A stretch of DNA of 56,968 nucleotides, the filler included, from Sphacelaria rigidula (Eukaryota): the NCBI GenBank assembly GCA_964200075.2. It is 8 parts of 8 records of this genome, joined end to end, with 100 filler letters (N's around TTAATTAATTAA, not from the genome) between each part and the next. Parts side by side here need not be neighbours in the genome. Positions count along the whole stretch, not along the records: positions 7,135 to 14,168 come from CAXNAA020016840.1; positions 14,269 to 21,302 come from CAXNAA020016841.1; positions 21,403 to 28,436 come from CAXNAA020016842.1; 5 more parts are not named here. The stretch is one strand, 5' to 3'. The translations under genes and the position numbers were made by a program. The notes under the pieces were generated by a model. The model was not told the origin of the DNA, made no database searches, and was given only the letters and a program-made list of their open reading frames with translations. Below, one piece after another: positions 12,458-24,605 of the stretch. Each line of letters opens with the position of its first letter. The stretch's first letter is position 1.

Positions 12458-12759
12458 CACACTTTGAACGCCTCCCCTTCCTCGGGATGAGTCCGTGGTC
12501 TAAAGTGATCAAGCCATCTCTGCCCCGGTACGTGCCTTTCATTTTGCTCTCGCGGATTGGGTCAGCACTCCCGCACCGCGTCAACTCACGTCAAACTCAG
12601 TTGACTGCTTTGTTCACTCACGTTCTCACGCTTTCCCCGGTGGGAATCAGATACGTACTACAGTACGAAGAAGAAACCCAACGCATCCGGAAATCGAACC
12701 CCCGTTCTCTCCACCCTAATGGTGACAGTCGGACCATTACACCACCGGGGCGCGGCGGC
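12458..12759 (-). mobile_element. tRNA-headed SINE family C (also 18346-18610 +, 46705-47015 -, partial 17530-17640, 39400-39530, 54880-54970)
   Basis: Head GCCGCGCCCCGGTGGTGTAATGG (A box)...GGGTTCGATT(T/C)CC (B box). Common body. The 3' end is TTCAAAGTGCGAC followed by an (AAT)-rich tail. Confidence 0.8.
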
Positions 12760-13278
12760 ATCATGTAGGGAAAATGTAATTCTCTGTGATAACAAAGAGG
12801 CTGGTGCACAATGTATAGGATCTCAAGGAAATGCCCTCCGCCCGAGAAGAAAATAAGCGGACGCTTGGAGAGAACTCTATTATAGAACTACTGCTCGCAA
12901 AATCTTTTGGATGACGAAACGCCCGGCAACGCGTGCTTCGTTCGGCCGTCGCTTTGTATGCTGGACAGTTGGATGTTCTACAAAAGACACATACCACTGG
13001 CACACACCATCAGTCACGTCGCACAACGCGGCGCGGAGATGGCGAGGTGGCATGTGCTGTCGTAGAGCCAGAAGCATGCTCCGCGATGATGGACATACGA
13101 TCAGCACAGTCGTGGGATCCCATTGAAAAGCAGGTACGGTAGGAAATCGGTGGATGCTTTTATCATGTGGGTTTTTAGGTAACGCTCCGTCGCCCACAAG
13201 AACGCTGGACCGAAACAAAAACGACTATTCACCTTTGGTTGCGCTCTGCACGTTGAACCAGATGTTGTACATTTCTGC

Positions 13279-13322
<44 letters not shown>

Positions 13323-13782
13323 CACACTCACACACTCCCGCACTCACACATACGCAACCCTGGCGCAACCTGATCGCTCGTGTTATTTTGTACAGCCCCA
13401 GGTGGAGTTTGTGGGGTGACCCATGCTGTCTTACATAGCCGCGGGCGTGACTCAGAACGAAACCCGAAACAGTTTGAGATGCTTTCATTTTGTACGCGAA
13501 AAACCCAGCACTGAGATGGATTGTTTTTTTTGTAGTTTCTTCCGCACCAATTTGAACCGTGGAGATCTGTTTACTTTGAACATTGTACTCAAGCTTGCCC
13601 CAACGTGAGGGTGCCCCAAGCTCGGATTCGTAGATGTCGTCAACTACCAGGAGGAACCAATCACATTTTGTTGCAGTGTCTATTCTCCCGAAGTGTTTCA
13701 AATGCTTGTGCGGTGAACATGTTGATAATCGCCCGAAAAATGCGCGTAAGACCTTGTTCTTTTACTTCACCCCGATCAACTC

Positions 13783-13855
13783 GGGGGCGTACTTATCTTT
13801 CGCTTGCCTTTCGCAGTCGTTTTACCATTGACCACGCACCCTTTTGGAGACGGAG
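13783..13855 (-). mobile_element. Very short LINE 3' tail (also at 25426-25500 and 46075-46146)
   Basis: GGGGGCGTACT..TT...TGCCTT.G..GT.T.ACCATTGACCACGCA.CC.TT..GAGACGGAG, flanked on both sides by G-run-containing duplications. Confidence 0.75.
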
Positions 13856-14058
13856 GAACTCGGAGGGGGGTTATGTCTCTTCTGTTCTCTTGACGTCTCT
13901 CCCTCTATCATTGCTGTCTTGGTGTTTAGTTTGTTTTTCTGGAGTCTCAAAACAATGAGAGCTCTTTCCTTCTCTTGTCGGGAATACCGGGTCGGTATTG
14001 GAAAGACGAGCCTGCGTCTGTGATCGCGGACTCGAGAGATCGGACAAATGTGCGGATA

Positions 14059-14079
14059 TATTATTATTACTACTACTAT

Positions 14080-14168
<89 letters not shown>
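14059..14168. repeat. (TAC)n microsatellite at contig end; also (TAG)n 49767-49835 and (CA)n 13280-13350
   Basis: Directly visible perfect repeats. Confidence 0.95.
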
Positions 14169-15317
14169 NNNNNNNNNNNNNNNNNNNNNNNNNNNNNNNN
14201 NNNNNNNNNNNNTTAATTAATTAANNNNNNNNNNNNNNNNNNNNNNNNNNNNNNNNNNNNNNNNNNNNCGAAAAAAAAAAAAAAACTTCATGTGCTTCTT
14301 CCCAATTTTTTATTATGCCCTGTGCATTATCCATACCGAATTTCAGGGTCTAACTCCAAATATTGCCCGGCGCATCCGCCTGCAAACTTTCATGCAGCCT
14401 CCAGGCTGGCCCAGCTCGTATGCTCAACGAATCATGCCCTGTCCACTATCAATATCCCGGCGAACTAACACGTGCGTTCTGCAGCACCGCAGACGACGTG
14501 TGTACACCGACAAAACCCATCACTTTCCCCCTCCGGGTAATGAGGGGTCGATGGTAGTATGACTATGGCATGCAAGATCATGAGTACACCCCCCCCGGGT
14601 GATGGGTTTTCGGGCTGATTTTTGGTACTGTGTTGGTATCTACTGTACAGGAATTCGAAGAATATCGACCACCAGATTCCAACAACTCACCACTTGGGGG
14701 TCATACACCCGTCGTCCACCATATCTGTCACGGCACTCCCTCTTTCCCTCCACAGCATCGTGAAACGAACGAGGGTTCAAATCAAGGATTTTTGAGGGAG
14801 GGTTTAATGAAATCACGGTATAGCTTGAAGGAGAAAATCAACGTATGTAGCAACATGTCAACGCGTTGTGCACGAAACTGTTAAACCCCGCTCTCTCTGT
14901 ATAATTTCGTGTGAAACGAAACATTGGTGGCAGCTTGTATATTGAATGATGCTATAAGTGGGGCAAAAGTCACGTGGCGGACAGATTTACAGAGGAACAA
15001 TAGCGAGGCTACTGAGCAACATATTAAGTGAGACATTTACCGATACACACCCCGCCCTTTCCTTCCCGTCATGCCCCCTGCGGGTCGCGCCAAAAAAAGT
15101 TCCTCCCCAGCCAACGCCTCTTCCCCCCCGGCACAGGATAAGGGATAGGTACGAAAGTAGTGACGCGTACCAGGGTTCAAAAACAGTCTCGTGGGAGCGG
15201 GTTTGGAGAAGTCACGATAGAGTTTGTGCAAGAATATTACGCATCCATGTGTAAAAAAGACAAAACATTGTGCTCTGAACTACTTTCTTTGCCCCCCCCC
15301 CACCCCCCTGTTGATCT

Positions 15318-15873
15318 AGACTGGCCCGGCGAACACCCGGTGTGCTTCATCCCGGCTTTGTAGAGGCAGACCCCCGATGGGGTTGCCGTCGGTAGGCGAT
15401 GGCGCTGTAAACCGCGCCACTCACGCGTAAGCTAGGTAACTAGGTTCCCAATTTTCGTTTTGCGTGCTTGCCTTTTTTTTGCGGTAACCATGATGGTGGC
15501 CGAGCTAGATCATATTGTGCGGGGTGGGAGAACCTCAACTCCGCGCAATGGGGGTGATCGTACTACGTAGTGTACATAGTGAGGCAGTCTACAAGCTGTG
15601 GCTGTCTCTGGAAGTGGCGATACCAGAGAATGAAGCAACTTATTGTAGGCTGTCATCCAAATGCAAGATAATCAAAATGCTTCAGAGTGAACATTCTTAG
15701 CAGGATATAAGTCACCCTTCATGCGACTCGCCGAACGCACCACGGCGCTTCGCGCCTGGTGATTGACTGCGTGCCTGGTCCGGCGAAAACCCGGCGTGCT
15801 TCGCCCCGGCTTTGTAGGGAGGGGAGGTCAATGGTCATATGACTACGGCATGCAAGATCATGAGTACACCCCC
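15318..15873 (+). mobile_element. ~560-bp non-coding retroelement (family B) sharing the LINE 3' tail; apparently full-length copy
   Basis: Ends GGTCAATGGTCATATGACTACGGCATGCAAGATCATGAGTACACCCCC. Approximate TSD CACCCCCCTGTTGAT / CACCCCCTTTTTTGAT. Collinear with the 32437-33006 copy. Confidence 0.8.
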
Positions 15874-16363
15874 CTTTTTGATACAGATTTCTTTTTGACA
15901 GTCACCCAGAGGACGGAAATTGTGCGACACGTGAGCATACCCGCGATAGCATGTGTAATTTGGTCACGCAATGGCTACTTATCTGCACCTAAGCCATTTC
16001 GTGCTCCACTGTGCAATGTCAAAGGTGTACTACTCCCTCTGTTAATGAGCCCTTGGTCCGTTCCTTGGCGCACGCCATGTCTGTGGTCTACAGGTGGGGG
16101 CAGGTGATATCTTCCTCCGTCTCGATTGATGCCCTTAGCCGTACAACTGTTTACCACGTTTGGAACAGTCCGACAGTAGTATCTTGACTCGCACTGCCAC
16201 TGGTTATCACGCTTGAACAGTCCGCACACATATCCATCTACCCGAGGTTATGATGAAATGAAGGCATTGAAGCTAGATTCGCTCGACTGGGTAAGGGTAT
16301 GCACACCTTCACTTACCGCAATGCCCCCCCCCCTGCCCCCCCTCCCCCCCTTCTCCCCTCCAG

Positions 16364-19300
16364 ACACATAATGCGCCGGTATCTTGCATACATTTTAGCG
16401 AAACCGCGCCGCACGACTTCGCGGTGACGTGCTCCACACACGTCTCCCTTCACGCCGGTGCTACAGGCAAGCAAATACGGAGCGTCGGGCGGTTCGATCA
16501 CGTCGCCTACAGCGCGCAGATTCGGTCGGACGGGAAGCTGCTGGGTACCGGGGATCACAGTGGGACGGTGAAGGTGAGCATAGTATGGGGTGGACGGGGG
16601 TGGATAGGAAGGGGCACCATGCTGTGAGTGTAGTATCCACCCCCCTCTGCTTGTTGCCGAATCACAACTTAGCGTGCTCTTGACTGTGGTGGGTTTTCAT
16701 TTGCGTGGTCTCATGGTACTGTAGATGGCGTCCAACGGCATTTTATTTAGCTGAACCAGGAGACTAATGCGACTGTAGGCGTATGCGCCAAAGGTTTTTC
16801 TCGCGGCAAGTGAAGTATCGTGTTGATTTGGACCTTACTTCTATCCCGGTCACCTTTTAATGCAGCGCAAACAGTCAAACCGTGTGAGGGAAAAAAAAAA
16901 AGTCATGATCAAAATCGTCGGACACAACAGGTGATCGACGTGAAGACGAAGGGTATCCTGCGATCTTTTCGGGAGCACAAGGCTGCCACCCGCACGGTGC
17001 GATGGTCGTGCGACGGCCTGCGAATCGCGAGCGGATCAGACGATAAGACCGTTCGCCTGTGGGATCTCCCCACATCTACGGCGTTGCAGGTGACAAAATA
17101 ATAAGGCGGCTCGTCTTTTTTGCCGATGTAGGCGAGGGAGAGATGTGCTGGATCCTGACCAGAACAGGGCGTGTTTGGGGTTATGCGGCGCTGGGGTTTT
17201 ACGGTATTCTGTAGTATTACATTTACACGAATATTCCGCGAACCGTTACGGCGTGTTCGTGTGCCGGCAGGTCGACGCAGTTGATTTTGCTGATAAGATT
17301 CTGATATCTCGCGCCGATAAGTCACGAAAACATCGGGGTGGTGGTGCCCCTGCTCGGCGAGGGGGCAAGCCCGAGGGTTCTTAGGCCATTATCCAACGAA
17401 TAATAACCTATTTGTCGGATTTCATTGCAAGTAACGGCAAATGAGCGGTGTCGATGCCAGTCACTTATACGGCACGATATATCGTATTATCAAGGTTTCT
17501 AAAAATAAAACCATTACACTTCCAACCGTTCCCTCTCTTCGGGATGAATCCGTAGCCTCAAAGGATCAACCTTCGTCCCCCTGGGTACATGCCTGGTTTG
17601 GTATAGCAGGCTGGATCATGACCAACGCTCCCGCACTCACTTTCATCAAACTTGCTTCGGTAATCACATCCAAGCATTTTCAACCACAAAAGTGATCTAT
17701 ACCCCTCACGGAGCGGCAAACCTTTCAGTTCCGACACCTCGCGCAAATAAATTATTTTAGCCCAAATTTGGCGGCGGGGGGGGTGTACTCATGACCTTGC
17801 ATGGTGTAGTCATGAGACCACTGGCCTCGCCCTACTAAGCCGGAACGGAGCACACCGGGTTTTTGCCGGACTAGGCTCGCAATCATCGAGCGCGAAGCGC
17901 CGTGATATGTTCGGGGAGTCGCATCACTTGTGATGGACGGGAGGGGGGGGGGGGGGGGGAGGAGGGGGTATGGTGCCTGACCTAAAATATATGCCACCCA
18001 TTATACCCCTGGGCAAAACAAACGCAGTGATGGTTCTGCTGATAAGTCGAAACCCGTACTGGACCCTACGCGGAATGTAGTGTAGACTTCTTCCGTCGCG
18101 GCGGCGGGTGCAGGGTGAGCCGGGGATCGAGGTCGATTGTGGTTAACAGGCGATGATGGCTGGTGATCGCGCAACGTCTTGTCCCACTCGCTGCCCCAGA
18201 CGGGATAACCTCCGTCACCTCTTCTCCTTATTATTCTCCTTCTTTCCCTCCATTTTTTCGAACAACATCTTTAACGAGTTTGCTGTTCGAGATGGAGAGA
18301 GAGAGGGGTAGGGGGGGAGAGGGGAGGCACGATGACGACGTTGGTCCGCCGCGCCCCGGTGGTGAAATGGTCCGACTGTCGCCGTTAGGGTGGAGAGAAC
18401 GAGGGTTCGATTCCCGATGTGTTCGGCGTTTCTTTGTAGCATGTGATTCTGCTTGATGTGAGTTGATGCGGTGCGGGATTGTTGGTCATGATCCAATCCG
18501 CGACACCAAAATGCAAGGCGTGTACCGGGGAGAGATGGGCTGATTCCCTGAGACCACGCACTCGTCCCGAGGAAGGAGAGGGGTTCAAAGTGCGACAAAT
18601 AAAAAATAATGGTTAATACAACTAAGTATGTACCAGTTGGCCACCGGGGGCGCGACGCGTCTGTATTACTGTGGTATGTCGGTATTGTTGGTACCTATGC
18701 ACAACCCTCGTGATTTGTACGAATATATGTGTGATTATTCGCGAAAATCGAAAGATATTGATCGCTGTGTGGGCAACCGCGGTGAATGGTTGTTGTAACA
18801 TGCCTTTCCGCGAGGTCGTTGTTCAGTGCCCATTGGACAATGACACGTCATGGAGCTTGTTAATTTGACCATACTCATCATGAGCAGAACGACCGTAGGA
18901 TTGTCTGACGACGATTTTCACGGCAAACCCTCCTGTACCGCTTGTGGTCGCCACTCGCCACGTTGGCAGGCGTAGCATATATACTGCATATGTATATACA
19001 ACATCGAAATGAACACAACCACACGAACCACAGAAAAGGTACAACGGCGCTCAACGCGCGCAGTAGTGTATCAGCCCGCGAGTATCATAGGGTCTAGCTG
19101 TGAAGTTCGAATTTGCCTTGGTGTCACTTGCTAGTTCGCGAATATCATGGTTTTTAAGCAATCCTTCGCATGGCTTTCACTTTCGTCCGTGCGTAGCTGT
19201 GCGGTGTCCTCCGGCTGGGGCGTTATGGTGGTGTTTTGAATGCGGTGAATCTCATGGTGTGTGGGGGTGCAAATCTATTACACCCCCCGGCAGTATTTGC

Positions 19301-21110
19301 TCAAACGTTGATCGATTGATTTGCGCATCTCAACTCATCCCTCAGAGATCCAGCCGTGGACATATGATGGATGTACCTGAGATAAAACAAATGCAACAGA
19401 AAAATGTACTGCGTAAAGTATAAACCTATTGCAACTTTTGTCGATCCGACTGTAAATCACAATACGTCTATAGTTTTCGCAATACTTTTTTCCTTTCTAC
19501 TGTAATTACCAGGTATTGACCATATATTGTTCCGGGTGTAAAATCTATGAAAAGGGAGACATGAGAACTTGAGTGGCAATAGCGCACGAGTCGGGCGCTG
19601 AGTTTCCGCCGTATGCTAGATTCCAAAGACGTGTTGGGTAGGTGAGAGTATTTCCTACATTTGGGTACTTTTGAAAAAGCAAACTCTAGGTACCCAAAAC
19701 TTGGGCAGAGTACTGATATCGTATTCACTAATACCGAGATATTGGGCAGAGTAATGCGATCGTACCCAACTCTACCCAATAGTTGCATGGAGTTTGGAGA
19801 TCGGACGATAGCAACATCAAGTTCCGGAGGGTAAATACCCGAGTACTTACCCTACCCAACACAACCCTTGCTAAATTCCATATTTTCATACATGATGTGG
19901 GAATGGCGATTCATTGCTCGGTTATTAGTTGTGGAGCACGCACCGAGGGATAGACGGGCTGATTTATCGGAACAACTGGCTTATTATCCTGTGGAAGGGG
20001 AAGGTCGGAAGGTGTGGGGAATGGTTCTGATTGGCTGGTTGATAGTCGCACATTCACTCATCGCCGAGGAACCCAGTCGTGGTAACAAAGACAGACGTGC
20101 CCCAAGGTAAACAGACCGGAAATATATGGTGTGTATTTGACCCTTTTGGAACCGTTGATGAAAAAGTGAAGATTTACAACTGACGTTTTCTCGGGCAAGA
20201 TATTGTTCTTGTTTTTCTTGGAGTGTTGGTCATGCAGCCCACCAAAATGGTGCACCACTCTGACTTCAAGTATACTCATGTGACAGATTCGTGCACCGAA
20301 CTCGAATTGACGTTATCCCGCTGACGAAAGCTCGTATGTGGGACTTTGTAAATCGTGACTTTTCCATTAACGGTTCCACGAGGTTTGAGCAACGACTGCA
20401 ATATATATATATATATATATTCATGTATATACACGTGCTTCGAAATATGTTGGTGAAGTCGTGGATGCACTCCCCCAGTTCAAGGGAAGGAGAGGAGTTG
20501 CGCCCGCTTTTCCTGAACGAGATGGTACAGCAGCAGGCCCGTACCCATGAGTCCCCACCCCCCCCCCACCCACCCAACCGCCCAGACCCCCCACCCCCAA
20601 CCCGCAACNNNNNNNNNNGGGGGGGTGCCCCCTTCTCTTCCTGCATGAAGGAGACAACAAGCCGACCCCCCACAATGCCCCCCCCCCCCCCCCCCCTCAG
20701 GTGCATAGAACGCCAAAACATGTGCGTCCGTACTTGTAACGAGAACAGAACCTACCGATATACACAAAACGCCTCCTGGAGGGGAACTTTACCTGCCCAA
20801 CCAGCAAGCCTTACCTACGCTACGTGCTCCTCCGAACGTGGGCACATTTGGCAATTCAGCACCGTTGTCCATCATCGTGTTGCCGAAGCAGGTCTTGAAC
20901 GGGCACTCAGATTACGTGAGGACATTAGCCGCCTCTCCGCTCAGCTCGGACACGTGGCTCTCGGGCTCGTACGACCACGGCCTGAGGCTCTGGGACACCC
21001 GCCAGCCGCGAGGAAGTGTCCAAGAACTCTCTCACGGTGCTCCGGTGGAGGCGTGTTTGTTTTTACCGGGGGGCGGGCTGTGCGTTAGCGCCGGGGGCAA
21101 CGAAGTCAAG
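16364..21110 (+). CDS. UTP15: U3 snoRNA-associated protein 15 (WD40), partial; exons 16364-16573, 16931-17089, 20892-21110
   Basis: THNAPVSCIHFSETAPHDFAVTCST...RSDGKLL..G|...HKAATRTVRW...SGSDDKTVRLWDL|VLNGHSDYVR...SGSYDHGLRLWDTR...HGAPVEACLFLPGGGLCVSAGGNEVK matches recalled UTP15 motifs (PHDFAVT, HxDYVR, HGxPVE, SAGGN). All junctions are GT-AG, phase 0. Confidence 0.92.
19624..19870. mobile_element. hAT-type MITE
   Basis: Imperfect TIRs CAAAGACGTGTTGGGTAGG / CCTACCCAACACAACCCTTG. 8-bp TSD CTAGATTC / CTAAATTC. Confidence 0.65.
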
Positions 21111-22190
21111 GTAATCGAGAAAAACAGAACATAACGAAGCTCGCGGTAACGTCATGCTTCATCCTTCTCGTGTTTCAATCCGTTAGCCGTCTTGTTGGAA
21201 GTCCGTACGGCAGGCTAATCGTAGGGCGGGGAGGGGGGGGCGTACTCATGATTATGCCTGCCATGGTCATAAGACCGTTGACCTCGCATCCCTACAAAGC
21301 CGNNNNNNNNNNNNNNNNNNNNNNNNNNNNNNNNNNNNNNNNNNNNTTAATTAATTAANNNNNNNNNNNNNNNNNNNNNNNNNNNNNNNNNNNNNNNNNN
21401 NNTTGAGTCCCCCCGATTTTTTCAAAATCAGGGTCCAAAAAAATCGGGATTCGTTTGCCATAAAAGTGGGTCTTACATCTCGATATACGTCAAGATTTTG
21501 CCTCCCCAAACCAAGCACTTTTTGGGGGAGGGATATCGTGGAAAGTGTCGCCTCTGCTCGTAATATATTGCTTTCAGTACAGAGTCTCATGCGCGCCGTA
21601 TCACGAGATCGATAACAAATTACTGAAGGTGGAGCTGAGGGCATCGATCGTTTCCTCGTGCTCTAGGGCAATGTCCACACCAAAAATCGTCATGATCCGC
21701 TGTAAACATCGTTCGGCGGGTTTCATTTAGACCTTCTCATTGACTCTATGTCCGCACGGTATGGGAATTACTAGAAGACATGGCCTTCAATCAACGAGAA
21801 GAAAATGGTCTACTACTACTGTAGACTGGTTGTTGACTGTTAGGCACAGGGATATCTTTCCCTCAATCAGGCAATTAGTATAGAGTATATGCGGATCACG
21901 ACCCAACTCGTCTGTGTCGATGAGATATTGCATGTCTACATAGGCTGGACTGGCTCGCACTGTATACCAGGTCCTATTTATAGCTGGCTGCACCAGCACC
22001 CAACCATAGCAACACTTTTTGATCGGTGGCACACAGCTGCCGGCTGTCAGTGTTTTCTCCAAGACGCACTGAAATGGAGTATGACAAATGTGCGCAGTAA
22101 TCTAATACGCCATGGATGAAGTACGAAGCCACACCGACACGGACCGCTTCTACTATATACTCTGCTTCGCTCGCTGCTAGGGAGTAGAGA

Positions 22191-24605
22191 ATGGAGGTAC
22201 CCTTATCCATTCAGAGTAAGAAACGTTCTCGTGCTACTGGTACTCGAAAAACGTGCTCAGCGACATCAGCACCCCTTCGCTGTCATGTCGTCGAAGACCA
22301 CTGCGACGCTCTCAAGCATATACACTCCGCCATTCGGCGCCGTGCCCTGCCGTTCGAAAACCTATCCATGATTCACTTCGACGCGCACCCTGACCTAATG
22401 GTCACGCCCGACTTGCCGGCCTCGGTCTGTTTCACCCCACACGCCCTCTACGACGCTTTGGAGGAGGCAGAAGGGGGTATTGCTGAGTGGATTCTTCCTA
22501 TGGTTTTCCAGGGGCACTTGTCAAGGGTTTGGTGGATAAGGCCGCAGTGGGCGCACCAGTTTCTTGATGGCAGCTACGGGTGAGGCGTTGTTACATTGCA
22601 CTGCTATGTACACACGTGTACTATGGCATGATATGTGGGTGTGGAAGGTGTACATATGGACATCTGGGTACATGCCTGGTGAAGAACTGCTGGTGCCATG
22701 GCGTGTATAATGGGCGGCATATGATAGCGTGACTATTCGAATTGCTCAATGAGAAGCTGCTTCAACGTTGGATACGGCAAACATTCTGCTCAAACTTGGC
22801 CCCGCCCATTCACTCACATTCGTTCACTCTGGCCGCGACATCAGAGCGTATCGATACTGTCCCAGACGATGGCTAAACAGCATCAATGCTAATTTTGTCG
22901 CGCTACTCTTTTGCGCACCTGCTGTGCTATGGAGTGCAGTGCAGTCAGTATACAACACTTGGTTCGCATGGTACCCGTCCATGTTTTTTATGGCGCTTTA
23001 CTGTACAGGTTTTCGGTTGGTCAGGTCAAAGGGTCGGGAACACTGAGAGTCAGCAGCACCGCGCCGTACTTCGTTGACGATCGGCTATACTGCCCGGAGG
23101 AAGATATGCAGAACTGTAAACCAATAGAACTGCTCGTGAGCCTCTGCGCCCTCAACGAGAAGGCGATCGTGCGAAGTGCCGATAACGCCTTCAGAGTTGG
23201 CGTGGCGATGGACTCGGCGGCACGTTCACCAGTTGTGCGATCAGAGATGCGGTCGGACGAAGAGTCTCGACAGGAGCAACAAGACCGTACTGTAGCAGGA
23301 GATCGTAGCAGGACAATGGTTGGCGATGGTGGAGTTTGGGATATATACGCAAAGCGAAGTGAACGGTTGAGCGCTGATGGATCGAAAAAATTGGAAGGAG
23401 GCGGCGACGCCAATTTTACACTGTCATGCAAGGGGAATAATGCGATAGCTGACCAAGTTCAAAGCGTAGCGTTGTCGGCGGAACGCGTTCCACGAAGGCC
23501 ATGGATCTTGGACATATGCTTGGTGAGGATGGATGTGTGTGTTGACATGCGTTTTGCGTTTCACGTCTACGTGCGTTGAGCTGTGCGTGTACTGTTGACG
23601 TTTGCTCCCCTGGTGACGCGCTAGCATCGCTCTCCAGTGCAGTGTAAAGTTCGCCCTTCGGTGCCTGTAAAAAAAAAGGTAGATCGGGCGATTTTTAGTT
23701 ACTGTGCGTCCCCATGATACGTCTTATCTCCAATATGCGAAATTACCATGCCGACATGCTCTCGTCGATATATGTATAGCTGGTTACTGGTGTCTTCTAT
23801 TGATTGTGTGTGGCAGGATTACTTCACCACGGAGAACCCATTCATGGTGGAACTAGAGGCGCTCATCGGCAAAGACCACGCGTCCCTTGTTCGTGCTTTT
23901 TACGAGAGACCATTGTTCCGCGGCGCAGACACCAAACTCCCGCACGAGACCCAGCTAGAACATGAGCGTATTTTTACTCAAGAAGTGGCGAGGTTGTTTG
24001 ATAAAGCTGGCATTGAGGAAGCGAAGACCGATCAAACCGGCGCGATTGAATCCGTCCAGGATGATGCATCTAGCAGCCAACGACAAACAGCGGTCGAATC
24101 AAACCTTTCGACGGTTTCAGAATGCGCTGCAGCGGGTAAAAGTGGGAAGAAGGGAACGGACGCGGACACCAGCATACGGGAGCTAGAACGTTTATCAACA
24201 CTTTACGATCAGGACTCGGAAAGCGATCGCTCCTTGGCAGAGCAGTTCGCGGATTTGGTTACCAACGCAGGTTCAAAAGAGCGAGATCTGATCGCATGGG
24301 CAAATCATTGCTCGTGCCTGCCGCGTCACTCTGCCACCTTGGACGAAATCGCCGACGCCGTTTCGAGAGTAGAGGAGCTCTTGCGGTCTATCTTGAGAAA
24401 TAGGGGAGCCGGGGGTAACTGGGAAGTTTCTGGCCGTCCCGGTGTGGTGACGGTCGCGCGCTCTGGGGACGACGGATATGTGCCTGCGAATGAAGCCGCC
24501 TTTGTTGAGCGACAGGTGCTGGCGATGCTTCAGCGCTTGTTCGGGGATGAATTGGGTGGATTAGAAATTGTGTACGACGAAGGACTTGAGAGTAAAGAGG
24601 AGTGA
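22191..24605 (+). CDS. UPF0489 / C5orf22-family protein, complete 3-exon gene (22191-22579, 23009-23522, 23817-24605; 563 aa)
   Basis: Motifs HVVEDH, IHFDAHPDL, IAEWILP..FQGH, PYFVDD.LY, WILDICL|DYFTTENPF, LPRH and VVTVARS.DDGY. Junctions GG|gtgagg..tacag|G and TTG|gtgagg..gcag|GAT give a 1692-nt in-frame CDS ending in TGA. Confidence 0.9.

Noticed and set aside
12680-12759. tRNA genes at SINE heads (also ~18350, ~27000, ~47000)
   Set aside because: A and B boxes are present, but there is no coherent cloverleaf and they are attached to SINE bodies.
13975-14220. Poly-Tyr and poly-Leu ORFs
   Set aside because: Translation of a (TAC)n microsatellite running into a gap.
20291-21088. 265-aa ORF
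   Set aside because: Crosses Ns and low-complexity intron sequence and overlaps the UTP15 exon in another frame.
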